39,702 bases of DNA from a bacterium (GTDB taxonomy: Bacteria > Hinthialibacterota > Hinthialibacteria > Hinthialibacterales > Hinthialibacteraceae): contig JBHGBC010000045.1 of the NCBI GenBank assembly GCA_041946805.1, positions 1 through 39,702 on the forward strand, given 5' to 3'. Both the position numbers and the translations under genes were made by a program. The notes beneath the pieces were generated by a model. It was not told the origin of the DNA. It saw only the letters and a program-made list of their open reading frames with translations, and ran no database searches. Of the stretch, positions 27,125-36,615 are shown piece after piece; position 1 is the first letter of the stretch, and each line of letters opens with the position of its first letter.

Positions 27125-28330
27125 ATGCAACCACAAACCAACCGCCGGGAGTTTCTTCAGAGTACCGCCGTGGCCGGCGCGGGAATCGCCCTCACCCGCC
27201 TGGCTCCCCCCACGGCCCAGGGAGCCAATGACCGCGTGCGCATCGCGGGCATTGGAACGGGAGACCGTGGATCGGATCGCCTGCGCGTGGCCAAAAGCCT
27301 AGGCGCGGAAATCACCGCCCTGGCCGACGTCAACGAAGCCATGCTGGACCGCTGCGAGGCCAGCCTGGAACAAAAAGTGAAACGCTACCGGGATCACCAG
27401 GAACTATTGGCGCAGGACAATTGCGATGGCGTGATTGTCGCCGCGCCCGATCATTGGCATCACGACATACTGCTCGACGCGATCAAGGCCGGCAAGGACG
27501 TGTACATCGAAAAGCCCCTCTCCCGCACCATCGAGGAAGGCCAAAGCATGGTCAAAGCGGTGAATGCCTCGGACCGCATCGTCCAGGTCGGCAACCACCG
27601 CCGCAGCGGCAAGCATTGGGCCATCGCGCATGAAGTGGTGGCGTCCGGACGGATCGGCGACATCAAATGGATCCGCACCTGGGATTGCCGCTACCGCCTG
27701 ATCGATCCTTACCAGGACCGCGCCAACAACAAGGACCTGTTCAATCCCGACCGGATCGACTGGAAACGGTTCCTCGGCCGCGCGCCGGACCGGCCTTTTG
27801 ACGCGGAACGCTGTTCGGCTTGGCGCTGGTTTTGGGATTACGCGGGCGGCCTGATGACCGACATCGGCCCGCACATGCTCGACGTGGCCATGTGGATCAC
27901 CGATTGCCCCGGCCCCAAGAGCGTGGTCTGCAACGGCGGCAACTACCACTATCCGCGCTGGGAAACCCCGGACAACGTGCACGCCATCCTCGACTGCGCC
28001 ACTTACGCCATCGTCTTCGACGTGCAGTTCATGAATGGATTCGAGGGCGACGGCGCGGCTTTTTACGGCACCAAGGGCTGCGTGATCCAGGAAAAAGACG
28101 GCCATTTCCGCCTGTACGACACCAAGAACAAGATGTTGGAAGAGTGGGAATACGGAGATGAAGGCCGCGCGCACATGCAGAATTTCCTGGATTGCATCCG
28201 CTCGCGCAAACAACCCAATTCGCCGGCCGGGATGGGACACAAAGTCCTCGCCGGCGCGCACCTGGCCAACATCTCCTTCCGCAACGGCAAACGCGTGGGT
28301 TGGGATCCGGCCACCGAGACGATTTTGTAG
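27125..28330 (+). CDS. Gfo/Idh/MocA oxidoreductase with Tat signal
   Basis: NRREFLQ; AAPDHWH, GKDVYIEKP, GGLMTDIGPHMLD. Confidence 0.93.
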   Translation: MQPQTNRREFLQSTAVAGAGIALTRLAPPTAQGANDRVRIAGIGTGDRGSDRLRVAKSLGAEITALADVNEAMLDRCEASLEQKVKRYRDHQELLAQDNCDGVIVAAPDHWHHDILLDAIKAGKDVYIEKPLSRTIEEGQSMVKAVNASDRIVQVGNHRRSGKHWAIAHEVVASGRIGDIKWIRTWDCRYRLIDPYQDRANNKDLFNPDRIDWKRFLGRAPDRPFDAERCSAWRWFWDYAGGLMTDIGPHMLDVAMWITDCPGPKSVVCNGGNYHYPRWETPDNVHAILDCATYAIVFDVQFMNGFEGDGAAFYGTKGCVIQEKDGHFRLYDTKNKMLEEWEYGDEGRAHMQNFLDCIRSRKQPNSPAGMGHKVLAGAHLANISFRNGKRVGWDPATETIL

Positions 28331-28350
28331 GACGCCGTGAAAGAATGCCA

Positions 28351-28808
28351 GTAGGGGTATGGTGAGACATACCCCTACTTCCCCTCACCCGGTCCTCTCC
28401 CGGCGGGAGAGGGAGCGGAAAAGAGAACGGAATCATGAACCGGAACGTCAAATGGGAAAATCAGGACAAGGAGATATTTCCTTGAATGAAAGATCCCAGT
28501 TCCGCGGAGCCGATACGGTCATGATGGAAGAGATTGGATTGTTCGAGGTTGTGTAGTTTCCTGAGCGCGTGACTACCAACAACAATCTGCCGAAAAGCAT
28601 TCCCTCTCCCCCCGGGAGAGGGTTAGAGTGAGGGAAGTCCTGGCTTCACGCGATAATCCTTCTTGTGGATGCTAAACCTTGGCCAACCATGGGAGGGCGA
28701 GGCTCCCGCCGAGCCGTTCATTGATAAAGATATCTCTATTGATCCCGCGCTCCCTAGGAGGTTCCCGGTTGACCATCCCCCGCCCGCGGACTGGAAGCCC
28801 GCGCCCCC
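28351..28808. repeat. Intergenic mosaic of REP-like repeats (B, A, A, C, G)
   Basis: GTAG-REP 28351-28378; triplex-type copies 28382-28413 and 28602-28634 in inverted orientation; family C 28691-28776; GCGGACTGGAAGCCCGCGCCCC 28786-28807. Confidence 0.75.
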
Positions 28809-28844
28809 TTCTCTCATTCACAATTCCTGATTAATTCCCATCAT

Positions 28845-31829
28845 TCAGTTCCGTGGCATCACCACCAGCGTCTGATTCATCTCCGGCGCGGTTTCGGGAT
28901 AACGCAGAACCTGGCCGCCCGCCGTCCGAACCCGGAGGTAATACTCCACGAAATCCATCCGCGCCGCGTCGTTCGGCAGGTCCACGAGATACACACCCCG
29001 CCCCATGTGGGTGAGCGGCACGGAGGAGAACTCGCCCGTGCCCATTTCCCGCCAAACCAACTCCGCCTCGCGTGGCTTGCGGGAATCGAGCACGATCACT
29101 TTCAACGTCAGCCGCTCACCGGGTTCGATCGCGGAACGCACCGTGGGCACCATGAGCCGCGCGGGGCCATCGTATCCCTTCGTGAGGCGGGCGTTATCCG
29201 GCAGGGCTTCTCCCAACACCGCCTCGAGTTCCTGGCCGGTCTTATCGAGCAACATGGGGAAGATGTGCTGTTCGAGATTCATCACGGTGCCCATCTCGCC
29301 CGTGTTGCTGACGGCGGCCAGCAGTGCGTCATAGGCTTCGTTCACGGTTTGGATCAATTGGATCCGGACAGGCAGCGCCTCCCGCCGCGCGAGCGCCGGG
29401 CGCCGGGCCGCGTCCGGTTCATCCTTGGCTTTCTGGATGGCCTGGTTCAAGGCCGCCCATTCACAATTGATCCTGCCGAGGGATCGCAGAAAACGGAAAC
29501 TGTTCAGCCAATAATCGAATCGCGCCCGGTTGCCTTTCCCTTGGATCTTCGCGCGCAGGCTTTCCAGTTTCCCGACGAATTCGTATTCCCGTTGGACCGT
29601 CTCCCAGGAGCGCGGATCCGGTTTGATTCCCCCGGGCCCGTCCACCCAATCCGAAGGCCGGGGCAGGTTGCCGTCCAGCGCGGTGAAGATCGCCGCGATC
29701 TCGTTGGCGGCGGCCGGGCCGAACAGGCGCAGCGCCCAATCCTGGTAGAAGTCCTCGGCGGGCAGGTGGCGCGGCTTGGGCTTGGAAGCCGGCCAATCGG
29801 CTTGGTAGTCCTTATAGGCTTCACCGCCGCAGTTGATCTTCTTGGTAAAGGAATCAGATTGAATCACCAGCGCGGCGATGCTGGGATTTTTGACCATCGG
29901 CGAAAACTCGATATCCAGCCGCCCGTCATCGACCTGGATGCCTGTGAAGGAGTAATCGAGCGCGGTGTTGGGGCCCGCCGCGGCGGTGATATCCAGTTTC
30001 TCCAGCACGTTTTTCCCTTCAATGGCCACCGCGAACAGTGTGGATTCCAGCGCGCAGAATTGCAACGTGACGGCGTATTTCCCCTTGGGCACGGCGATGT
30101 GATAGGAGCGCACCGCGTCGCGGATGGTGCGGTACAATTCGTCATCCTCGGTCTTCTCGATAGCCGCCGTGGGGCTCGCGATCCATTGTCCCCCGACCAC
30201 GCCCTCGGTTTCCGGGATGATGGAGGGATCGGTGGCCGGGTCGTACCAATCCTGCTGGTCCCAGGCGGCCCAGGCCAAGGCGGAGACGTTCGGCCCCAGG
30301 ATGCGGGTGCGCCAGTGGATGCCCATCAGGCCCGTGCAGCCGTAAGCCTTGGCGTCCACCGCGTCGGCGCGCATGCGTCCCACCCAGAGTTGGGGCTGCA
30401 ACAGGGCGGGATCGTCTTCCAGCCAGGGGATGGCCCATGCGGGGCGGTTCTGCAACCGGGCGAAATCAGGTTGTACCGGGGCCTTTCCGACCTCGCGGTT
30501 GATGCAGCTCATGGGCATCTCCAGCGGCAGGATGCGATGAAACAGCGCGCGGTCGGTTTGCGGGCCGAGCACCCATCCGCAGGTCGCCAGCGTGAAGGGC
30601 GCCTGGACCTTCTTGGCCGCCGCCACCGCCGCCAACAGATCGGCTTGCGTCGCGGATATTTCCTCCTGGCTCGCGCCTTCCCAGATCCACCCTTCCGGCG
30701 TCCACAGCCAGTAATAATCGACGGGATAAGCCTTCATGATGCGCTGGAACATGCCTTCATACAGTTCCCGCGTCACCTCCGCCGAGGCCGGATCTTTCCC
30801 GAGGGACTGCAACCGTTCCTTCACGCGCGCGGGCACGATCAGCGGCGTCTCCGTCCCCACGCAGGTCTTGATGCCCAATCCCCGCGCAAAAACGAACGCC
30901 TCATGCAGTTGGGCGGCGGTCCGGTTGAAAACTTCGTTGCACTCGTCCTCCTCCACCGGAACGGGAATCGAACCGCCCATAACCATGGGGCCGTACACGT
31001 TGTCCTCGAACATCAAATCCGCCCCGCGCGCGTACTCGCGGATCAGTTTCGGCAGGTAACCCCAGTTGCCCCGCCGGGTGTTCATGTAGGAGGATGGATA
31101 GCTGGAACTTACCCGCCCGGCCTCGCCGGAATCCCAAGGCAAACCGATCCATACCGTCGGCTCCGCGTTGGGGCGTTCCTCCGGATAGGTGTGCAAGCCG
31201 AAGAAGTTCATGCGCAGTTTGGGCAGCTGGCCGAGGATCGCCTTGTATTCATCCAGGTTCCACCAGTCCGGCCCTTCCGGGAAATCGTGAAACGGCTGGA
31301 TGCCGCGCAACTCGAACAGCGGGCGGCCGGTTTCGTTCAATTCGGGAACTTGCAGCGCGATCCGCTCATCCGGGATGACATCGCCATGCAGGTAGAACCG
31401 CACGCCCAGGTGTTCGGCCAGCCGGTACGCGCCGTACAGCGTCCCCGGCCCGTCCCCGCCGATGACGTACAGCATGCGGCCTTGGTCCGTATACTCGCAG
31501 CGCAGCAGAAACTCTTGCGGCTTCAAATCCGCGATCTCCCGGGCGGCCGCGGTATCGTTCCGCACTTCGAACCGATCCTTTTGGCCCACGTAAATCGCGC
31601 CCGTCAGGGACTCGGTTAGGGCATCTCCCGTCACGATGGGGACCTTCTCTCCCGTCCGCAGATACAGGTAGCGATGGATTTCCCGCGCGGCCAGGTCTTC
31701 CAGCCGTGATGCCCCATTGGGTAGGCCGATCACCACGCCATGGGAAGGTTCTTGTGCCACATCCCCCGCCGTTCCGGCTCCGGCCAATCCCCAAATCATA
31801 AAACATACCCAAGCCGCTCGATGGAACAC
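28845..31829 (-). CDS. Large secreted glycoside-hydrolase-like protein (GH20/67/89-type N-domain, TIM barrel, inserted malectin domain)
   Basis: Signal peptide; YVIGGDGPGTLYGAYRLAE; RGIQPFHDFPEGPDWW; malectin motifs TEDDELYRT, YHIAVPKGKYAVTLQF, KINCGG; GTG start with GAGGAG RBS. Confidence 0.75.
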   Translation of the reverse strand: MFHRAAWVCFMIWGLAGAGTAGDVAQEPSHGVVIGLPNGASRLEDLAAREIHRYLYLRTGEKVPIVTGDALTESLTGAIYVGQKDRFEVRNDTAAAREIADLKPQEFLLRCEYTDQGRMLYVIGGDGPGTLYGAYRLAEHLGVRFYLHGDVIPDERIALQVPELNETGRPLFELRGIQPFHDFPEGPDWWNLDEYKAILGQLPKLRMNFFGLHTYPEERPNAEPTVWIGLPWDSGEAGRVSSSYPSSYMNTRRGNWGYLPKLIREYARGADLMFEDNVYGPMVMGGSIPVPVEEDECNEVFNRTAAQLHEAFVFARGLGIKTCVGTETPLIVPARVKERLQSLGKDPASAEVTRELYEGMFQRIMKAYPVDYYWLWTPEGWIWEGASQEEISATQADLLAAVAAAKKVQAPFTLATCGWVLGPQTDRALFHRILPLEMPMSCINREVGKAPVQPDFARLQNRPAWAIPWLEDDPALLQPQLWVGRMRADAVDAKAYGCTGLMGIHWRTRILGPNVSALAWAAWDQQDWYDPATDPSIIPETEGVVGGQWIASPTAAIEKTEDDELYRTIRDAVRSYHIAVPKGKYAVTLQFCALESTLFAVAIEGKNVLEKLDITAAAGPNTALDYSFTGIQVDDGRLDIEFSPMVKNPSIAALVIQSDSFTKKINCGGEAYKDYQADWPASKPKPRHLPAEDFYQDWALRLFGPAAANEIAAIFTALDGNLPRPSDWVDGPGGIKPDPRSWETVQREYEFVGKLESLRAKIQGKGNRARFDYWLNSFRFLRSLGRINCEWAALNQAIQKAKDEPDAARRPALARREALPVRIQLIQTVNEAYDALLAAVSNTGEMGTVMNLEQHIFPMLLDKTGQELEAVLGEALPDNARLTKGYDGPARLMVPTVRSAIEPGERLTLKVIVLDSRKPREAELVWREMGTGEFSSVPLTHMGRGVYLVDLPNDAARMDFVEYYLRVRTAGGQVLRYPETAPEMNQTLVVMPRN

Positions 31830-31863
31830 GGTGACTCCTCCTTTTTTTCATTCGATGAAGATT

Positions 31864-33249
31864 TCACGCCAATTTCCCCCTCAACCATCTCCGTTCGATT
31901 TCCTCCAGGGTTTTGCCCTTGGTTTCGGGGACGAAGACGGCCACGAAGACAAAGGCCACGGCGCATAGGAACGCGTAGATGAAAAACACTGAGCCATGCA
32001 GCGTTTCCAGCATGAGTGGAAAGAACTGCGACACCGCGAAGCACGATATCCAGAGGCACACCGTGGCGATCGACATGGCGCGGCCCCGCACCCGGGTGGG
32101 GAAGATTTCCGAAATCACCACCCACACCACCGGACCCATGGCCACCGCGAACGAGGCCACGTACGCGAGTGTGAACAGCAGCACCCACGGCCCTTCAAAC
32201 CGTTCCAATACAAAGAAATAACCAAGCAGCGCCAGTGACAGTCCCATGCCCGCCGCGGCGATCATCAACAACGGTTTGCGCCCCAGCCGGTCCACCACCC
32301 CGAAGGCCACCAGCGTGAAGAGCAGATTCACGATCCCCACGATCACCGTGTCGTTGATGGCCTCGGTGCTGACCATGCCGGTGGTTTTGAAGATCTCGGG
32401 CGCGTAATACAACACCACGTTGATGCCGGTCACCTGCTGCAGCACCGCCAAGCCAATCCCCACGGCGAGCGCCGCCCGCAGGCCGGGTTGCCATAGTTGC
32501 CGGACGGAACCGCTTTCCTGGGCGATCGTGCTCTGGATCTCCTCCAGTTCCCGCCCGGCCGCCGCCGCTCCCCGCACCCGGGTGAGAATCTCCAACGCGC
32601 GGCCTTCCTGCCCCTGCTTCGTCAACCACCGCGGACTTTCCGGAACCTGGAAGAGCAAAATCAAAAAGAGCAGGGCGGGCAGCGCCGCCGAGCCGAACAT
32701 CCACCGCCAGCCCCAGGCCACGTTCCAACTTTCATCACCCAGGCCGGCGATCCGGGCGTTCACGAAATAAACCACCAGCATGCCCAGCACGATGGTGAAT
32801 TGGTTGATGGACACCAGGCGTCCCCGGATGGATGCGGGGGCCACTTCGGCAATATAAAGCGGCGACAGCATCGACGCGACGCCCACTCCCAGCCCTCCCA
32901 TGATCCGGCAGAGGATGAACTCCAGGAGGTTGCGGGGCACGGCCGTCCCGATGGCGGACACCAAAAACAATACGGCCGATAGCATCAGGGCCGTCTTGCG
33001 GCCGAGCCGGTCGCTGATCACCCCCGCCGTACCCGCGCCGATGATGCACCCCACCAGCGCGCACGAGGCGGCCCATCCCTTCCATACCGCGTCCAGCTCG
33101 AACCGCGAGGAGAGAAATCCGATCGCGCCGGATATCACCGCCGTGTCATACCCGAACAGCAATCCCCCCAACGCCGCCACGAACGCCAATTGGTACACAT
33201 AAACCCGGCTGCCTCCCTCCACTTCCCTCGGCCTCCCATATTCCGTCAC
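31864..33249 (-). CDS. MFS sugar porter (XylE/AraE-like)
   Basis: GGLLFGYDTAVISGA, DRLGRK, PESPRW, QQVTGINVVLYY, PETKGKTLEEI. Confidence 0.96.
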   Translation of the reverse strand: MTEYGRPREVEGGSRVYVYQLAFVAALGGLLFGYDTAVISGAIGFLSSRFELDAVWKGWAASCALVGCIIGAGTAGVISDRLGRKTALMLSAVLFLVSAIGTAVPRNLLEFILCRIMGGLGVGVASMLSPLYIAEVAPASIRGRLVSINQFTIVLGMLVVYFVNARIAGLGDESWNVAWGWRWMFGSAALPALLFLILLFQVPESPRWLTKQGQEGRALEILTRVRGAAAAGRELEEIQSTIAQESGSVRQLWQPGLRAALAVGIGLAVLQQVTGINVVLYYAPEIFKTTGMVSTEAINDTVIVGIVNLLFTLVAFGVVDRLGRKPLLMIAAAGMGLSLALLGYFFVLERFEGPWVLLFTLAYVASFAVAMGPVVWVVISEIFPTRVRGRAMSIATVCLWISCFAVSQFFPLMLETLHGSVFFIYAFLCAVAFVFVAVFVPETKGKTLEEIERRWLRGKLA

Positions 33250-33503
33250 GTCGCACCTCGTTCGCTATCCCTGGATGAATGAACCTTGCGGCCTGCCCCC
33301 GGCCGCGCCGGGCCGCCATATTGGAACACAGCCCTTTTCGAAACGGTAGTGCGGACCGCGAGTGAATGGCATCGATGGGGAAGCCGCCTCCCTCTCGCTT
33401 TCCATTCCTTGCCGGATTTTTATAAATCATGATACGATAGGGGAAAAGAGAGAATCTCTTCACGGCTGGTCCACCACGGTTCGGATATAGCTAAACAATC
33501 GCA

Positions 33504-34907
33504 ATGGACAAGATCCAACCCACGCCCTCGAATAACCCGGCGGAAAAACCCCGGGAAACCTACATCCCCTTCTGCCGCGCGGACGTGATCGAAATGTGCC
33601 TGGCGGACGGCCCATTGCAGGGCGGAGAAAAAGACCGGTTCCGGATCTTCTGCCGGATCATCAAGGCCTACTATCATTACCATTTTCATACGCTGCTGGA
33701 GCGGCTCAAAGACGATTACGCCGCGTTCGGCCTGGACTCGGATTGCCGGCGCTACATCCACCTGCCGCCCGAAACCGCCGAGCAAAAAATCGACGCCTTT
33801 TTCAAGGATATGAAACAAATCCTGACCAAGGCGAATTTCCATCCGCTCGACCGGGAACAACTCGTCCGCTCCTTCCGCGACCGGTCGCTCATCGACCTCA
33901 ACATCGAAGTGGATTTTGACATGTTCGACCGGTATCTCTGTTTCTACCGCGGGACCAGCCAGGCCACCGCCCGCAAACGCGTATACCGCCTGTATCATCA
34001 AAACGTCACCTTCACCGCCCTGGACCGGGTGGTCCTGCTGCTGCGCTTCAAGGACCGCGCTTATTTCGAACGCCGGGGACTCAAACTCAGTGAATTGCAT
34101 TTCACGCCCGGCCGCACCTATCTTTTCTACTTCCGAAATGTCCCCAAGGCCGATCTGGAAATTATCTTCCCCAACGTCAAGATCAGCATGACCTTGAAGG
34201 ACAAGATCCTCTTCCTGGTCCCGGCGGTCAGCGTGGGCATGAGCAGCCTTCTCAAAATATCCACCAACCTGATCCTGGTTATTGGATTCATCATTTTCCT
34301 GGTCGGATTGCGGGAGTCCGCCGAACGCCTGGGCGTGACCCAGGAAGTGATCCAACACAGCCTGATCCCCATGATCGCGGCCCTGGCGTCCGTCACCCTC
34401 GTCCTGGGCGGCTTCGCCGTGGGGCAATACCTCAGCTACAAGAACAAATGGGTTGAATTTCTGAACGACGTGACGCAGGCGCTCTTCTTCCGCTGCATTG
34501 GCATCAATGCCGGCGTGTTTCAATGCCTGATCGACACCGCCGAGGAAGAAGAATGCAAGGAGGCCATCCTGGCCTATTACCACCTGCTGACCAGCGGCCA
34601 GAAATTGACCAAGGAGGAACTGGACCGGACCATCGAACAGTGGTTCGAAACCCAGTTCGGCGTGTCAATCAATTTCGACGTCGAAGACGCGCTGAAAAAA
34701 CTCCGCAAGATCAAGGGGAAAGTGGTTTTCAGAAATCAGGACCGGGATGAGATCGGCAAGGAATGCCTTATCGAACAAGACGAGATCGGCAAACTGCGGG
34801 TCCAGTCCTTACCCGACAGTCTCATGATTCTCGACTCCATTTGGGACAACTTCTTCCGCTTCAACGAAACCCAAACCGCGCCGCCGAAAGAGCCGGAGGG
34901 GGAATAA
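33504..34907 (+). CDS. TMEM143/DUF3754-family membrane protein
   Basis: RETYIPF N-terminus, FRNVPKADLEIIFPN, hydrophobic segments, AEEEECKEAILAYY, FDVEDALKKL. Confidence 0.85.
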   Translation: MDKIQPTPSNNPAEKPRETYIPFCRADVIEMCLADGPLQGGEKDRFRIFCRIIKAYYHYHFHTLLERLKDDYAAFGLDSDCRRYIHLPPETAEQKIDAFFKDMKQILTKANFHPLDREQLVRSFRDRSLIDLNIEVDFDMFDRYLCFYRGTSQATARKRVYRLYHQNVTFTALDRVVLLLRFKDRAYFERRGLKLSELHFTPGRTYLFYFRNVPKADLEIIFPNVKISMTLKDKILFLVPAVSVGMSSLLKISTNLILVIGFIIFLVGLRESAERLGVTQEVIQHSLIPMIAALASVTLVLGGFAVGQYLSYKNKWVEFLNDVTQALFFRCIGINAGVFQCLIDTAEEEECKEAILAYYHLLTSGQKLTKEELDRTIEQWFETQFGVSINFDVEDALKKLRKIKGKVVFRNQDRDEIGKECLIEQDEIGKLRVQSLPDSLMILDSIWDNFFRFNETQTAPPKEPEGE

Positions 34908-34923
34908 ACGCGGGCCTTGGAAT

Positions 34924-35252
34924 TCACCGCCGGGACGCGGAGAGCGCGGAGATTGGTTTGACTCAGGATCGGCAGGGTAGTGTTTGATCCACGGATGACA
35001 CGGAGAAAGCATGGGGATATGGATAGAGAGGCGGCCGTGGATTCCCCAGGGTTGAAACCCTGGGCTAGTTTAAAAATGCCTTGGGAAAGAAGGTCCTGGA
35101 TTGAATTCGGGGGCTGTTGGAGGTGCCTCTTCAAAGGGGCGCGGAGAGTGAGCAGTGGAAGGTTTTCCCTCACCCTGGCCCTCTCCCGGGGGGAGAGGGG
35201 AGATCATGACATCCCATTGCGATAGCCAGGGCGCGTGGCCACGTGCCCCTGC
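34924..35252. repeat. Intergenic mosaic of REP-like repeats (E, E, D, A, B)
   Basis: CACCGCCGGGACGCGGAGAGCGCGGAG ~34925; CCACGGATGACACGGAGAAAGCATGG ~34989; CCCAGGGTTGAAACCCTGGGCTA 35045; triplex-type 35167-35199; GTAG-type 35226-35252. Confidence 0.7.
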
Positions 35253-35289
35253 GGGAGATTTCGGCGTCGTTTCACTCCCTGCCCCTGAT

Positions 35290-36048
35290 TCATCCTCGCG
35301 GATACACCACCACTTCGCCGGGCAAACATCGCGCCAATACATTCTCCCGGGGATAGGCGTAACCCAGGTGTTGCCGGAAGCCCTCGCCGAAGGGAATCCC
35401 ATACGCCGCACCCCGCGATTGCGTCCACTCGATCATGTCTTCCAGAAAATTGTCCACTCCATGATAGGTCCGCAGCCAGTCCCGTTGCGACTCATGACAG
35501 GCCAACATGTCTTTCTTGCATTCCATGGCCGAGGATACGTTCACGATGAAATCCGGTTCCACCGGGCGGCCGAACAGATCCACGCCCCCGGCGGGATCCA
35601 TGTAATACAGGGCCGGGACATGCTCGAGACAGGCGGCCCGGCCGGTCAGATAATTGGGCAGCCCCACGGCGAACGAGGCGTATCGCGTCAGGCGGCTGGC
35701 GGCCTCGTGATCGGCATGATAATCCGTGGGCGAGGCGGTCAGGATGATGTCCGGCGCCACCCGCCGGATATGCTCCGTGGTCCGGCGGCGGGTGGAGTCG
35801 CTGTCGAATACCTCGTAATCCCCGAACTCCAGGCACGCGTAGTCCGCTCCCACCACCCGGGCGGCGCGCGCCGCTTCCTCACGGCGGATGTTCGCGGTCT
35901 GCACGGAATCCATGACCTTCGATCCCTTGTCGCCCGCCGTCATGGTGGCAATGAAAATGTCGTGTCCGTTTTGCTTGAGCAGATACAAGGTCCCCGCCGC
36001 CAAAAATTCGATATCGTCGGGATGCGCGTGAATCGCCAATATCCTCAT
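35290..36048 (-). CDS. PIG-L/LmbE-family deacetylase
   Basis: AIHAHPDDIE, YHADH, CHESQ; AAGGAGG RBS before ATG 36048. Confidence 0.93.
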   Translation of the reverse strand: MRILAIHAHPDDIEFLAAGTLYLLKQNGHDIFIATMTAGDKGSKVMDSVQTANIRREEAARAARVVGADYACLEFGDYEVFDSDSTRRRTTEHIRRVAPDIILTASPTDYHADHEAASRLTRYASFAVGLPNYLTGRAACLEHVPALYYMDPAGGVDLFGRPVEPDFIVNVSSAMECKKDMLACHESQRDWLRTYHGVDNFLEDMIEWTQSRGAAYGIPFGEGFRQHLGYAYPRENVLARCLPGEVVVYPRG

Positions 36049-36615
36049 CGAATCCTCCTTCAAATAGGATAAATCATGCCGCTCTCCGGCCGGCATCATG
36101 ATATCCATTTCCCCCCTCCCGTTCTACCATGACTCAGATCCATTGATTTACGATTGTGAATGTGATGAAATGGTGGGGATCGTCAGGGAAGCACGAAAGG
36201 GAGGGAGAAATGTGTTTCCTTTCTCCAATGGATGAAAGCGGACATTAAGTAATTCCCTCACCCCGGCCCTCTCCCCGGGGGAGAGGGAGTAGGGGGGGCC
36301 CAGAGGGAGAGGAAACATAGGATTGGTTTCCGGAGAGAGAGGGAAATTGGGGGTGGTTTTCATCTCCCCATTCGAGGAGACGCTGATTTCGAATCCGGGT
36401 AATGCCATACGCACAAATCCAATGAGCCAGTACTTTATGTTGAAAATATTGATCAAAAGGTAAGAGAGCGGAGTCCGATGGATTGGGGCGATCCATCCAA
36501 TACAACCGGCCGCTTCAAAACCTCCCTCTCCCCTTGGGAGAGGGCCGGGGGTGAGGGAAAGTCCCGTTCATCGCCGCAAGATCGCTTTGATCTGAATCTT
36601 CACAGGAGATGTAAC

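Noticed and set aside
29007..31619. 870-aa + strand ORF and similar long antisense ORFs (37576-39336, 33420-34583, 24070-25227)
   Set aside because: Shadow frames of GC-rich genes with no recognisable motifs
36420..36447. dif-like site (TTATGTTGAAA)
   Set aside because: Only a partial XerD-like arm with no XerC arm at the correct spacing
36478..36615. Upstream start for GH2
   Set aside because: Reads through a family A repeat; RBS and signal peptide support ATG 36616
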